From Bacteroidales bacterium (GTDB lineage: Bacteria; Bacteroidota; Bacteroidia; Bacteroidales; Muribaculaceae), in contig CAAGJW010000037.1 of assembly GCA_900770215.1 (NCBI GenBank), positions 28,322 to 92,321 on the forward strand: a stretch of 64,000 bases of DNA. The letters run 5' to 3'. The position numbers and the translations under genes are program-made. The notes beneath the pieces were generated by a model. That model worked only from the letters and a program-made list of their open reading frames with translations. It made no database searches and was not told where the DNA came from. Shown here piece after piece: positions 19,252-29,813 of this stretch (position 1 is the stretch's first letter; the number at the start of each line of letters is the position of its first letter).

Positions 19252-20459
19252 GCCTTTTCACATAGCAGCAGCACTGCACTGCCATCGGCAAGGGTGGTGG
19301 CAAAGAGGTAGTCGGTGCCGCCGTCACCCACCTTGAGACGCTTTTTCAACGCCTCGGGTGTGAGCTTGAAGTTGCGCGTGGCGATATTGAGCTGCGCACA
19401 CCGCTTGCCCAGCAGTTTCAGTTGCCGGCCGTTGAAAGGCATCACTTCCTTGACGACAAACTTGCGGCCAGGAAAACCGGGTACAAGCCTGTCGCCTGCA
19501 TAGAGATGAGAATTGGGGGCCAGCTGTGCAGTGCCGGTGGCTGCCTGCACGGCGGCATGGCAGCCCAGCTTCATCACGCTGGCATGAGGCTCATAGAGAT
19601 AACCGCCGGCTACGGGCACGCCAGGGCGCAACACCTCGTCGACGGTGTCGCCGGTAGTTGTCGTGAAGTCGTGCCAATCGCCGTCGTAGTTGAGCGCATG
19701 CAGCGCAATGCCGGCTGGATCGCTACCGAAATCGAGTACAAACAGCAGCTCCTTGCACTCGTTTTTCACACTCACAGCCCACACCTGTGCCAGCGGCGCG
19801 CCCAAGTCGGCTATCGACTGCGAGAGGTCGAGCATGGGTGAGGCCTTGATCACAAGGCGCCGGCAATGGCGCGCGATGAGCGGCATGATGGCGAGCACAT
19901 CGGGCTGGCACTGGACCAAGCCATAGCGCCTGCGTCCGTCCTGGCCGCGACGGGCCGGGTCGATAAACATGGCATCGTATTGCTCTTGCAGCGGCATCGC
20001 CTCGAGCAGCTGCACCGAGTCGGCCTGCACCACCTTCACCTTGGGGTTGAGAAAGCCAAAGTTGTACTGCCCCACCGCAGCAATCTCGGGGTCGAGCTCC
20101 ACGGCAGTGAGTGAACGAGCGCGCCGGGCAATGTAGTAGTCGTCGACACCCAGGCCCATGGTCAGGTCGAGCACCGTGTGGGTGGTGTCGAAGAGCGAGG
20201 CGTGCAGCTTGGCCACCTCCTGGTGGGTGCACTGCTCGGCACTTATGGCTTTGGGAAACAGAAAGCGGTCGTGAGCCAGCAGCTCGGGTATCTTGCGACG
20301 CAGCTTGCGGCGGCACTCCACCTGCAACACGGCAAAGCGCTTGTCGAAGCTCAGCCCTGGCTCCTGCTTGAGCATCAACTTCAAGGCATCGTCGCCAGCA
20401 TGGCGGGCGATATAGCTCCACATCGACTCGTCGACCCTATGTCCTGCAATTTCGTCCAT
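19248..20459 (-). CDS. class I SAM-dependent methyltransferase with THUMP-like C-terminal domain
   Basis: SAEQCT, VLDLTMGLGVD, FIDPARR, IKASPMLD, LYEPHASVMK. Confidence 0.85.
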   Translation of the reverse strand: MDEIAGHRVDESMWSYIARHAGDDALKLMLKQEPGLSFDKRFAVLQVECRRKLRRKIPELLAHDRFLFPKAISAEQCTHQEVAKLHASLFDTTHTVLDLTMGLGVDDYYIARRARSLTAVELDPEIAAVGQYNFGFLNPKVKVVQADSVQLLEAMPLQEQYDAMFIDPARRGQDGRRRYGLVQCQPDVLAIMPLIARHCRRLVIKASPMLDLSQSIADLGAPLAQVWAVSVKNECKELLFVLDFGSDPAGIALHALNYDGDWHDFTTTTGDTVDEVLRPGVPVAGGYLYEPHASVMKLGCHAAVQAATGTAQLAPNSHLYAGDRLVPGFPGRKFVVKEVMPFNGRQLKLLGKRCAQLNIATRNFKLTPEALKKRLKVGDGGTDYLFATTLADGSAVLLLCEKA

Positions 20460-20664
20460 CGTTCCTAACCCAAAGGGCCGACAAATTTAATACATTTCCA
20501 GCTGAAAAACCAAAAACGAAGCCAACCTGCCACAACCAGTATCTAAAAAAAAGCTACAATCATTTGTTAAAATCAGAATAAAAACATTAACTTTGCATAT
20601 AAAGGCAAACAAAACTAACAAACAAACATTTTTTACAATTCATCCTAAAAACAAGAATCTGAGT

Positions 20665-23600
20665 ATGCTGAAGAAAACTTTACTCTCTCAAGTGGCACTG
20701 TGCGCAGCAGCCCTCACAGCAGGGCCCGTCATGGCACAGAACGGTGCACCGCACTCGTTGACAGCCACCAGCAATCTCTCGCAGGTGAGTCTGGGCTGGT
20801 GCGCCCCGGCAGCTCCCATAGAGCTCAAGTGGCACGACGGCAGCGACTACAACGGCATGAGCGGCCAGGCCGACGACCCCGAGGGCTACGCAACTTTCTA
20901 TGCCGCAGCCAAGTTCACCCCTGCCGACTTGAAAGCTGTTGCCGGCCAGACGGTCGACAGCATTTCCTACTTTGAGTACCGTCATGCCTACAAGGTGTGG
21001 GTGCAAGTGTATGAAAACGAGAAGCTCGTGAACGAGACGCCTGTCGACGTGAGCAAGTTCACCAAGAACACCTGGAAGACGACCGCCCTGGCCAAGCCCT
21101 ACACCATAGCCGCCGACAAGGACGTGATGTTTGTGGTGAAATACCAGCACGGCACCAATCAGGACTTTGTGGCCAACACCGACCGCTACCCCACCACGGG
21201 CAAGGGCGATGTGTACAGCTACGACGGCAAGACCTGGCACACGGGCGGCGTGGGCGACTTTATGATCACGGCTATCGTGAGGAACAACGCCACCGACACG
21301 CCCGCTGGCTACAACGTGTATCGTGACGGGACCAAGGTGAACAGCAACCTGCTCACCAGCACCGACACCGTGCTCAATGACGAGCCCGACGGCACCCACC
21401 GCTATGCCATAGGCGCCGTGTATGCACAGAGCGAACTCAAGTCGGCCGAGGTCGAGGCCACAGCCATCAGCGCCAGCAAGATGCTGGCTCCGGCAGCCAC
21501 ATTCACCGGCAAGGCCGATGAGCTCAACGGCACCCTCGCCTGGCAACAGCCCCTCAAGGGCGGCAGCGAGCTCACCTGGAGCGGCGACGTGATGGGCAAC
21601 CACATAGGCGGCACATCTACCTCGTCGCCCAAGGTGTGGGTGAAGCAGGACTTCAGCGCTAGCGACCTGCTGGCCTTCCAAAACTATCAAATCAACAGCA
21701 TCAGCGCCTATGTGGCCGAGGCCACACTCACGGGCGTGAAGCTCTTTGTGCTGAAAAATGGTGTGATCGACTACAGCCAGGACGTGCCCGACTCGGCCGT
21801 GCAGAAGATTGCTGCCGGCGCTTGGAGCCAGTGGGCACTCACCACCCCCTATGTGATGACCCCTGGCAACGAGTATGCCTATGGCGTGTACTACACCCAC
21901 ACCAAGTCGACCCACCCGGTGGGCGTCGACAACCAGCCAGCCATCGACGGCAAGGGCAACAGTTTCTCGGTGACCGCGCCACGCTCGTCGGGCTTCAACG
22001 CCACCAAGCCAACGTGGAAGACCCTCTCGAGCGGCAACATAGCCGGCAACTTCATGCTGCGCGCGCAAGTGTCGCCCGTGGGCGAGGCCACAGCCAGCGA
22101 GCAAGCTGCCAGCTACGACCTGTATCGCAACGGCACAGCGCTCTTCACTGGCAAGAACGTGACCGAGTGGGCCGACAGCGTGCCCGAGCCCGGCACCTAC
22201 AACTACACACTCAAGACCAACTATGCCAGCGGCAAGCAGTCGCCCGAGATGACCTTGAGCCTCAACTACACCATGCCGGCAGCCTACGAGGCACCGCTCA
22301 TCGTCGACTCCAAGTTTGACCCTGCCACCAAGGCCGTGAGCCTGGAGTGGAGCAACAGCGCCGTCAACCTGCAGCACTACGCCACACCCAGCTACATCAT
22401 GGGATTTGACGAGTCGATGTCGCTGCTCTATGGCAGCAAGTTCAGCGCCAGCGAGCTCTCGAGCCTCAAGGGCTACGAGCTGCGCTCGCTCAAGTTCATC
22501 ATTGGCCAGGCACTCGACACGCTGCGCCTTGAGGTGCGCACCGGCGACAATCAGGTGCTCTACAGCGAGAAGCTCGACGGCACCGCACTCACGCCGCAAG
22601 CCATCTACTCGCTCAAGCTCGACAAGCCCATCGCCCTGCCCGAGGGCAAGGACATCTATCTGGCCTACAACACCACGCTGCCTGCTGGCAGCAAGGTGAT
22701 TGTGACCGACGGCGGCCCGGCAGTCGACGGCGGCGCCATGGTGAGCGTGACCGGCGGCGCATCGTGGATGAAACTGGGCACCATTGCCAGCGACTACAAG
22801 GATTTCAACATCGTGATAGGCGCAACCGCCCTGCCAGCCAGCAAGAAGGCAAGCGCCAGCGAGCGTGAACTCACACTGGGTGCCAACCTCGACGGCATGA
22901 AGGCCATCACCCTCGACGCCGCACAGCTGCGCCAGGGCCTGGGCATCGAGGCTGCACAGCCTAGCGCCCCGGCACGGGCAGCGCGCCGCGCCGCAGCACC
23001 CGTGTTGAAGAGCTACCGCGTGTATCGCAACGGTGCCGTCGTTGCCGAGCAAGAAGGCACCACATGGGGCGAGACACTCGACAAGTACGGCACATTCAAC
23101 TATCATGTCACAGCCGTGTACCAAAACGGCTGGGAGTCGCCCAACAGCAAGACCGTGACCGTGGCCAACACCATAGCCCAGAAGCTGCAAGCCCCCTATC
23201 ACCTGCAAGGCAACGCCACCGCAGCCGGGCAGCTGCAACTCGACTGGGAGGCCGCCAGCAAGGCTGCCGAGTTCAACTACCAGAAGTCGAACACCGACAT
23301 CGCTGTGGGCATGACCAGCACCAACAACAAGAGCTACTGCGCCATCAAGATGGCGGCCGACACGCTTGCACACTATGCAGGCCTCAAGATCACGCACATC
23401 AAGTTCAAGATCGACTCGATTGCCGTCGAGAACCCCGCCGTGTTTGTAATGGCTGGCGACAACATCATCTACAGACAAGAAGTCGATGCCGAGCGCCTGG
23501 TGAAGGGCTGGAACGTGGTGCGCCTCAACAATCCCGTGGCCGTCGACAACACCCAGGACATGAGCGTGGGCTACTATCTCGAGTATGCCAAGGGCGTGAA

Positions 23601-24120
23601 GCCCAGCACCTGCGATGCCGGCACGCCGGCAGTGCCTGGCTACAGCGACCTCATCTCGTCGTCGGCCTCGGCAGGCTACTGGTACTCGCTCATGAATAAG
23701 TTCAAGCTCAACTACGGCTGGCGTATAAGCGCCGTGCTCGCCACCCCCGACACCGCCGTGCAGGGGGGTAACCGCTCGGCAGCCCCGCGCAAGGCAGCTC
23801 AGGAAATCACCTACAACGTGTATTGCAACGGCGAGAAGATAGCCTCGGGCCTGAGCCAGACCAGTTACACCGTGGCCAGCCCCGTGGCTGGGCGCTATGT
23901 GGTGACAGCCGAAACCGGCGGTGAGGAAAGCGCCGAGTCAAACGCTGTCGACTACACCGTCGCCTCGGGTGTCGACACGCCCACGGCCAGCAAGACCGTG
24001 AGCAGCGTCACCTACTACAACGTGGCCGGACAGCAAGTGGCAACCCCCGTCAAGGGCGTCAACATCGTGGTGACGCGTTACACCGACGGCACCCAAGCCA
24101 CCGCCAAGGTCGTGAAGTAG
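20665..24120 (+). CDS. secreted FN3-like repeat protein with T9SS-like C-terminal domain
   Basis: Signal peptide MLKKTLLSQVALCAAALTAGPVMAQ; repeated YNVYRDG / YDLYRNG / YRVYRNG / YNVYCNG units; tail YYNVAGQQV..PVKGVNIVVTRYTDGTQATAKVVK. Confidence 0.8.
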   Translation: MLKKTLLSQVALCAAALTAGPVMAQNGAPHSLTATSNLSQVSLGWCAPAAPIELKWHDGSDYNGMSGQADDPEGYATFYAAAKFTPADLKAVAGQTVDSISYFEYRHAYKVWVQVYENEKLVNETPVDVSKFTKNTWKTTALAKPYTIAADKDVMFVVKYQHGTNQDFVANTDRYPTTGKGDVYSYDGKTWHTGGVGDFMITAIVRNNATDTPAGYNVYRDGTKVNSNLLTSTDTVLNDEPDGTHRYAIGAVYAQSELKSAEVEATAISASKMLAPAATFTGKADELNGTLAWQQPLKGGSELTWSGDVMGNHIGGTSTSSPKVWVKQDFSASDLLAFQNYQINSISAYVAEATLTGVKLFVLKNGVIDYSQDVPDSAVQKIAAGAWSQWALTTPYVMTPGNEYAYGVYYTHTKSTHPVGVDNQPAIDGKGNSFSVTAPRSSGFNATKPTWKTLSSGNIAGNFMLRAQVSPVGEATASEQAASYDLYRNGTALFTGKNVTEWADSVPEPGTYNYTLKTNYASGKQSPEMTLSLNYTMPAAYEAPLIVDSKFDPATKAVSLEWSNSAVNLQHYATPSYIMGFDESMSLLYGSKFSASELSSLKGYELRSLKFIIGQALDTLRLEVRTGDNQVLYSEKLDGTALTPQAIYSLKLDKPIALPEGKDIYLAYNTTLPAGSKVIVTDGGPAVDGGAMVSVTGGASWMKLGTIASDYKDFNIVIGATALPASKKASASERELTLGANLDGMKAITLDAAQLRQGLGIEAAQPSAPARAARRAAAPVLKSYRVYRNGAVVAEQEGTTWGETLDKYGTFNYHVTAVYQNGWESPNSKTVTVANTIAQKLQAPYHLQGNATAAGQLQLDWEAASKAAEFNYQKSNTDIAVGMTSTNNKSYCAIKMAADTLAHYAGLKITHIKFKIDSIAVENPAVFVMAGDNIIYRQEVDAERLVKGWNVVRLNNPVAVDNTQDMSVGYYLEYAKGVKPSTCDAGTPAVPGYSDLISSSASAGYWYSLMNKFKLNYGWRISAVLATPDTAVQGGNRSAAPRKAAQEITYNVYCNGEKIASGLSQTSYTVASPVAGRYVVTAETGGEESAESNAVDYTVASGVDTPTASKTVSSVTYYNVAGQQVATPVKGVNIVVTRYTDGTQATAKVVK

Positions 24121-24157
24121 CGCGAGCGCATCGCCACAGCACATTTCGCCCCAAGTA

Positions 24158-24683
24158 ATCGAGTAGGAGGTAAACACTAATCATAGGTGCTTATCTCCTG
24201 CTTTCGTGTTTACCGACCTCTCACACCACCGTACGTGCGGTTCCGCATACGGCGGTTCCTCTTTTGGACAACCATTTGGCATACTCGTCAGAAAGACAGA
24301 TATATCCCGCTTTACGCAGGCCCATATTTGACGCTGCTGCGTGCATTATCGGTGAGCTTGCTACACTCCAATAACCTTTTACATTTCCCCATCAACGTGT
24401 CCGTGAGACCTCACTGGTTAAGTATACCGACTTTCCACCTTATCCCCGCCTAATTTACTCCTTGCGATTCCGAGTAGTTATAGGGCTTTGACGCTTTGTG
24501 CCGTCTCACCCTCGCAAGCAAGCCTCGGTATTAGGTTTCTGTACGTCGGGGCAGGTGTTTGCCGCTGACTTCTTTCAGATTCCACCTCGCGATAGGCACC
24601 CTTGTCTCTCTGGCTGGACAGTTCCCACTACTAGGGCCTGTTAGGGACTTTCACCCGTTAGCCGATATACATGCCAGTCAAAC
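24158..24683 (-). mobile_element. class C group II intron, internally deleted (non-autonomous relic)
   Basis: 5' end GTTTGACTGGCATG just after a terminator hairpin; domain V AACCGCCGTATGCGGAACCGCACGTACGGTGGTGTGAGAGG; domain VI ending CCTACTCGAT; only the last ~43 maturase codons remain (WGNVKGYWSVASSPIMHAAASNMGLRKAGYICLSDEY). Confidence 0.92.
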
Positions 24684-24722
24684 AAGAAGTGGGCTGTGCC
24701 TAGGTCCAGGCGCAGCCCACTT
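24684..24722 (-). terminator. intrinsic terminator of the GH5 gene; intron target site
   Basis: Minus strand GTGGGCTGCGCCTGG-AC-CTAGGCACAGCCCAC then TTCTT, directly followed by the intron 5' end. Confidence 0.8.
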
Positions 24723-24772
24723 TGGATTTATATGTTGCCGGCGCATTGCCTGCCAACCGCGTGCAATGGTTC

Positions 24773-26089
24773 CTATTTCACAGCAGGCGTGGGGGCCATA
24801 ATCTCGCTGGCCCAGCGGCCTATCACGACAAGGGTGCTGGCATCGTTGTCAAACACCGAGTTCAGCCCCTGCGGCTCTTGTGCCGGGTCGCCCGTGTAGG
24901 GGTCGCCCAGCTGCCACGACTCGTGCACGGGCCGGGCGTTGCCGCCCCAGCCCCAGAAGTTGCATCCTGCCACCATGCCGCTATTTCTTATAAATAAGAA
25001 CACATAGTTGTAGTACTTGTCGCGGCCCTGGGTGGGAGATGCCGGGGCAAACTTGAAGCCGTCGCGCGGATAGCCAAACTCCTCGAGCACAAGCGGCTTG
25101 CCCAGCTCCCGGGCTATTGCGTAGTGCTCGGCGATGTAGTCGCGGGTGTGAGCACAAGCCGTGTCGACACGGGAAATGACCGTGTTCTTGTCGATCCAAC
25201 CCCAATTGTAGGGCCAAATGTGGATGGTGACATAGTCGATCTCGGGCATGGCATTGAGCCGCGTGAAGAGCTGCATGTCACTCTCGCAGCCATACTTGCC
25301 CTCGTTGCCCATCGACACAAGGTGGTTGTGGTCGATCGACTTGATGAGCCGTGCTGTGGCCTGTATCCACTGGGCAAACTGCTCCTTGTTGGCCTGGCCG
25401 AAAGGCCGCGGCTCGTTGCACAGCTGCCACGACATGATGGCCGGGCTCTCGCTATAGGGCCTGCCCGTGATTGAATTGACGCGCGACACGATGTTTTTCA
25501 CATGCTCCATGCTCATGCGCTTGGCCTCGGCGTTTTGCACAAAGTGACTCACGTAGTCCTGGTAGGCATTATACCCGTCGATGCCAGGCACAGGCGCGTT
25601 GCCCATGCCGGCCCACTCGAGATAGGTGCCATAGCCGCCACTCCACTCCCAGGCATTGTTGAGATAGAGCACAGCCTTCATGCCGCGGCGCTCGAGCTCG
25701 ACAAGAAGGCGGTCGAGCCCCGTGAGCAGCGTGTCGTTGTAGACACCCGGAGCAGTCTGCAGCACGGGCCTCACGTGAGAGGGAACGCCCAGGCGGCCGT
25801 CGGCGCCCACGAGGATGCGCAGGTTGTCGACACCCAGCTGCTGCAGGCGGTCGAGCTCCTGGTCGAGGCGCTGCCGGTTGCCTCCCTCGCCATCGCTGGC
25901 AAGAATAGCGGCATACCAAAGGTTGGTGCCCACATAGCGATAGGGCTTGCCGGCCACGTAGAACTGGCCGCTGCGCACACCCACATACTGGCCCTTGCCA
26001 GTGGTTGCGGCCTGGCCTGCAACAGCACCCACGATCAAGCACACGAGTAATAGAAAGGTCTTCATTTGTTTCACCATTATTACAGACAT
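24773..26089 (-). CDS. GH5 endo-1,4-beta-mannanase
   Basis: YVGTNLWY, NNAWEWSGG, WQLCNEPR (acid/base Glu), TIHIWP, VLEEFG (nucleophile), GCNFWGW; signal peptide (alternative start 26065). Confidence 0.9.
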   Translation of the reverse strand: MSVIMVKQMKTFLLLVCLIVGAVAGQAATTGKGQYVGVRSGQFYVAGKPYRYVGTNLWYAAILASDGEGGNRQRLDQELDRLQQLGVDNLRILVGADGRLGVPSHVRPVLQTAPGVYNDTLLTGLDRLLVELERRGMKAVLYLNNAWEWSGGYGTYLEWAGMGNAPVPGIDGYNAYQDYVSHFVQNAEAKRMSMEHVKNIVSRVNSITGRPYSESPAIMSWQLCNEPRPFGQANKEQFAQWIQATARLIKSIDHNHLVSMGNEGKYGCESDMQLFTRLNAMPEIDYVTIHIWPYNWGWIDKNTVISRVDTACAHTRDYIAEHYAIARELGKPLVLEEFGYPRDGFKFAPASPTQGRDKYYNYVFLFIRNSGMVAGCNFWGWGGNARPVHESWQLGDPYTGDPAQEPQGLNSVFDNDASTLVVIGRWASEIMAPTPAVK

Positions 26090-26451
26090 TTTACGTTAAT
26101 GTAACAATACAAGTTGACGGTTATTTAGTTACGGTACAAAACTAGAACAGAAAGGAATCAATATCTTACACTATTTTGCCTTATCATCACACTTTCAAGG
26201 CAATTTTAGAAACAATTACAGGATACTGGCATACAACTACTTAAAATCGATTTTCAAAACAAAGATATAATTAAAAATTATATCACAATCAAAAATTTCA
26301 CAAAATTGTTTTAAAATCAATATTATTTTGTCAAAACATCGCACTTTTATAGCATCGATGCAGCCCCAAGGGCCCATAACAACGCTTCACCCTGGCCCAG
26401 TGCACAAGCAAGCATGTGCAAAGAGCCAAGGTGAAGACATATCTTGAATTT

Positions 26452-27009
26452 CTACAGGCTGGTGATGGGCTGACGCTGGGGCTTGGCGTCGCGGTACTGC
26501 GACGGGGTGAGCCCCGCGACCTGCTTGAACTGCCGCGACAAGTGAGCCACGCTCGAGTAGCCCGTGCGATAGGCAATCTCGCTCACCGTGAGCTGGCCGT
26601 AGTCGAGCAGCTCCTTCACGTGCTCCACCTTGTGGGCTATAAAGAACTTCTCGATCGTGCGATGCTCGTGGGCGCTGAAAAGGGCGCTTAGCTGCTTGTA
26701 GTCGGTTTTCAGCGCCCTCGACAGCTCTTCGGAGAGCTTCACGGGCTCGCCGTCGTCGCGCCGCGAGAGGAAGATAACCGCTGTCTTGATGCGCTCGACA
26801 AGCGCATCGTCCTCGTTGCGCAGCAACTCGAAGCCTATCTTGCGCAAGTGGGCATCGAGCGTGTCGAGCTGCGAGGCTGTGAGATCGTCGGTCACCGTGG
26901 CGTTGCCTATATTCACCTGGGCCACGTTGTAGCCCAGCGACTGGAGCACGCTCGTGACCGCCATCACACACCGTGGGCACACCATGTTTTTAATCGAAAG
27001 CTGTGTCAT
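26452..27009 (-). CDS. AraC family regulator with N-terminal heavy-metal-associated (HMA) domain
   Basis: IKNMVCPRCVMAV (CxxC); C-terminal TVSEIAYRTGYSSVAHLSRQFKQVAGLTPSQY. Confidence 0.9.
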   Translation of the reverse strand: MTQLSIKNMVCPRCVMAVTSVLQSLGYNVAQVNIGNATVTDDLTASQLDTLDAHLRKIGFELLRNEDDALVERIKTAVIFLSRRDDGEPVKLSEELSRALKTDYKQLSALFSAHEHRTIEKFFIAHKVEHVKELLDYGQLTVSEIAYRTGYSSVAHLSRQFKQVAGLTPSQYRDAKPQRQPITSL

Positions 27010-27025
27010 ACAGAGTAGATTATTA

Positions 27026-27610
27026 TCATTTCATCTCGTCGATGCGCATGTGATCCCTGCCGTTGGGGTTCACTTTCACCATGCGGGTGATGCGCTGGTT
27101 GCCCTTGTTCCAGGTGCAGGAATACCAGCCGTCGTCGTTGGCATTGGCCACGCCCACCAGGGTGAACGTGTTGCCGCCCCCGCCGTTGCTCTCACGGGCA
27201 GCCTCGGGGTTGCCGTTGATTTGGGCCAGTTGCCGTACCACTGCATTGGAGGCATTGTTGCCCAGTGCGGTGCTGGGGTTGCCGCCGGTGTTGAGAGCAT
27301 TGATATAGGCGTGCATCACTTGTGACACAAAGGCACGGGCCTCGGCCTGGGCCTTGCGTTTGAGCTGGGCGGCATGGGCCCATGCATAGTGCAGCGAGTC
27401 GCTGCGGTGCTGCATCACGCTGTCGGCACGCAGCATGCCCGCCGTCTGCACGCGATAGATGGAGTCGGCAACACGCAGTGAGTCGACCGAGTCGATGCTG
27501 TCTTGCACGTGCTGCTTGCGGGCCTTGTAGTCGGCATACTTGTTGCAACTGCTCATCGCAGCCATGACGAGACCGGCGATGAGCAGCAGCATGTAAAAAG
27601 ATTTCTTCAT
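27026..27610 (-). CDS. hypothetical lipoprotein
   Basis: 194 aa; lipoprotein signal MKKSFYMLLLIAGLVMAAMSSC; DS-rich helical linker. Confidence 0.75.
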   Translation of the reverse strand: MKKSFYMLLLIAGLVMAAMSSCNKYADYKARKQHVQDSIDSVDSLRVADSIYRVQTAGMLRADSVMQHRSDSLHYAWAHAAQLKRKAQAEARAFVSQVMHAYINALNTGGNPSTALGNNASNAVVRQLAQINGNPEAARESNGGGGNTFTLVGVANANDDGWYSCTWNKGNQRITRMVKVNPNGRDHMRIDEMK

Positions 27611-27639
27611 TTACAATTGCAATGTAATTTTATTACACG

Positions 27640-29661
27640 TCACCATATCACAACGCGATCGCCGGGATCGAGCCACAGCTTGTCGCCGCTCTTGATGTTG
27701 AAGGCGTTGTAGAACGTGTCGATGTTGCGCAGAGTGGCGTTCACGCGGTTGCGGCCTATCGAGTGGGGGTCGCTCTTGGTCTGCTGATACATGGCCTCGT
27801 CGGTCATGTTTTCGGCCCAGATGCGGCCATAGCTCAGGTAGAAGCGCTGCGTGGGCGTGAAGCCATCGATGGGCTTGCCCTGCTGGTACTCTTGCGTGTT
27901 TTTGAAGGCGTCGTAGGACACACGCAGGCCGCCTTGGTCGGCAATGTTCTCGCCCAGGGTGAGATGGCCGTTGGCATGCTCACCGTTGACGACCACAATC
28001 TTGTCGAACTGTGCTGCAAGTTCCTCGGCCAGGGCGTTGAAGCGCTTAGCGTCTTGCTCGGTCCACCAGCCCTTCATGTTGCCACTGGCGTCGAACATGC
28101 GGCCCTGGTCGTCGAAGCCGTGGGTCATCTCATGACCTATCACCACGCCTATGGCGCCATAGTTGGTGGCATCGTCGGCCTTGGGGTCGAAGAACGGGGC
28201 TTGCAGTATGGCAGCCGGGAACACGATCTCGTTGTTCAGCGGGTTGTAGTAGGCGTTCACCGTCTGCGGCGTCATGCCCCACTCGGTCTTGTCGACGGGC
28301 TTGTCCATCTTGTCGAGATTGTAGCGGGTGTCGAAGGCCGCCACGTTTTTCACATTCTCATAGAGCGAGAGCTTGGGGTCGATGGTGAGCTTGCTGTAGT
28401 CGCGCCACTTGTCGGGATAGCCCACCTTCACCATGTAGGAGTTGAGCTTGACCAGAGCGTTGATTTTGGTGGTGTCGCTCATCCAGGTGAGGTTGGCGAT
28501 GTGCGTAGCCAGCGACTTGCGCAGGTTTTCGATGAGCTTGAGCATCTTGGTCTTGGACTCGGGCGGGAAATACTTGGCCACATAGAGTTGTCCCAAAGCT
28601 TCACCCATCATGCCGTTGGGGTAGCCCAGGGCACGCTTCCAGCGGGGCTTCTGCGCCTTCTGCCCGCTCAAGGTGCGGCCATAGAAGTCGAAGTTGGCAT
28701 CGCGGAAGGCATCGCTCAGCTCGCTGCTTGCGCCACTGATGATGTTGTAGGCCAGGTAGTAGCGCAGTTGCTTGTCGGTGAGGGTCTTCATGAATTTTTG
28801 CGCCACAGCCATCACCTTGGGTTGGGCCAGGATCACCTGCTTGGTGGCGGGGATGCCCATGAGCGTGAAATACTCGGTCCAGTTCACTGCCGGATACTCC
28901 TTCTGGAGCTGCTCGACGGTGTAGATGTTGTACTGCTTGGTGTAGTCACGCGCCTCGGCACGCGACATCATGGCCTGTGCAAACTGATACTCCATGTTGT
29001 AGACCGTCTTGGAGGCTGCCTGGGCATCGGCCTTGCTGTAGCCGGCCAGGGTGAACAGCTTGACGATATAGTCGCGGAAGAGTTGCTGTATCTTCTTGCT
29101 CTTGGCGTCGGTGTTGAGGTAGTAGTCGCGATCGGGCATGCTCATGCCGCCGGCATCCATGTAGAGCACATTCATGTTGCTATTCATCAAGTCGCCTTGC
29201 ACGCCGATGCCAAAGAAGGGATTGCCCATGCACAGGTGCTGGCGGGCGATTTCACGGGTAAGGTCGCTGCGCTTGAGAGCCTTGACGATAGCAAGGTCGT
29301 GCTGCAAGGGAGCAGCGCCCTCCTTGTTGAGACGCACACTGTCCATAGCCATGTCGTAGAGATCGATCACCTTCTGACCGTTGGAGCCAGGAGTTTGGGG
29401 TGTCTTCTGCAAGTCCTCGATGAGGCTGCGCAATTGCTTGCGGTTGTTCTCGGCCAGGTCGTTGAATACGCCATAGCTCGAATACTCGGGCTTGAGGGGG
29501 TTGGCTTTCATCCAGCCGCCGCCGGCATACTCATAGAAATCCTCTCCAGGAGCCACGCTGGGGTCCATGTCGGCCTTGTTGATACCGTGGCCTTGGGCCA
29601 ATGCAGCAATTGCAGGCAAGATCATGCATGCAATTGCAATTGTTTTCTTCACATTCTTCAT
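27640..29661 (-). CDS. pepO: M13 family metalloendopeptidase
   Basis: DFYEYAGGGW, VNAYY, NEIVFPAAILQ, HEMTH zinc motif, GENIADQGG. Confidence 0.95.
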   Translation of the reverse strand: MKNVKKTIAIACMILPAIAALAQGHGINKADMDPSVAPGEDFYEYAGGGWMKANPLKPEYSSYGVFNDLAENNRKQLRSLIEDLQKTPQTPGSNGQKVIDLYDMAMDSVRLNKEGAAPLQHDLAIVKALKRSDLTREIARQHLCMGNPFFGIGVQGDLMNSNMNVLYMDAGGMSMPDRDYYLNTDAKSKKIQQLFRDYIVKLFTLAGYSKADAQAASKTVYNMEYQFAQAMMSRAEARDYTKQYNIYTVEQLQKEYPAVNWTEYFTLMGIPATKQVILAQPKVMAVAQKFMKTLTDKQLRYYLAYNIISGASSELSDAFRDANFDFYGRTLSGQKAQKPRWKRALGYPNGMMGEALGQLYVAKYFPPESKTKMLKLIENLRKSLATHIANLTWMSDTTKINALVKLNSYMVKVGYPDKWRDYSKLTIDPKLSLYENVKNVAAFDTRYNLDKMDKPVDKTEWGMTPQTVNAYYNPLNNEIVFPAAILQAPFFDPKADDATNYGAIGVVIGHEMTHGFDDQGRMFDASGNMKGWWTEQDAKRFNALAEELAAQFDKIVVVNGEHANGHLTLGENIADQGGLRVSYDAFKNTQEYQQGKPIDGFTPTQRFYLSYGRIWAENMTDEAMYQQTKSDPHSIGRNRVNATLRNIDTFYNAFNIKSGDKLWLDPGDRVVIW

Positions 29662-29813
29662 AGAAGTTATTTTTAGTTAATTGTGTAGAAGTAATGATTT
29701 TTAAATACTGAGCAAAAATAGTCAAAAAAAATCACTTAATATTCAACACAGTCAATAAATAAATGACAATATGTGGGGCACGCGATTGCGCCAACCGTGG
29801 GTCATGGGGAATG

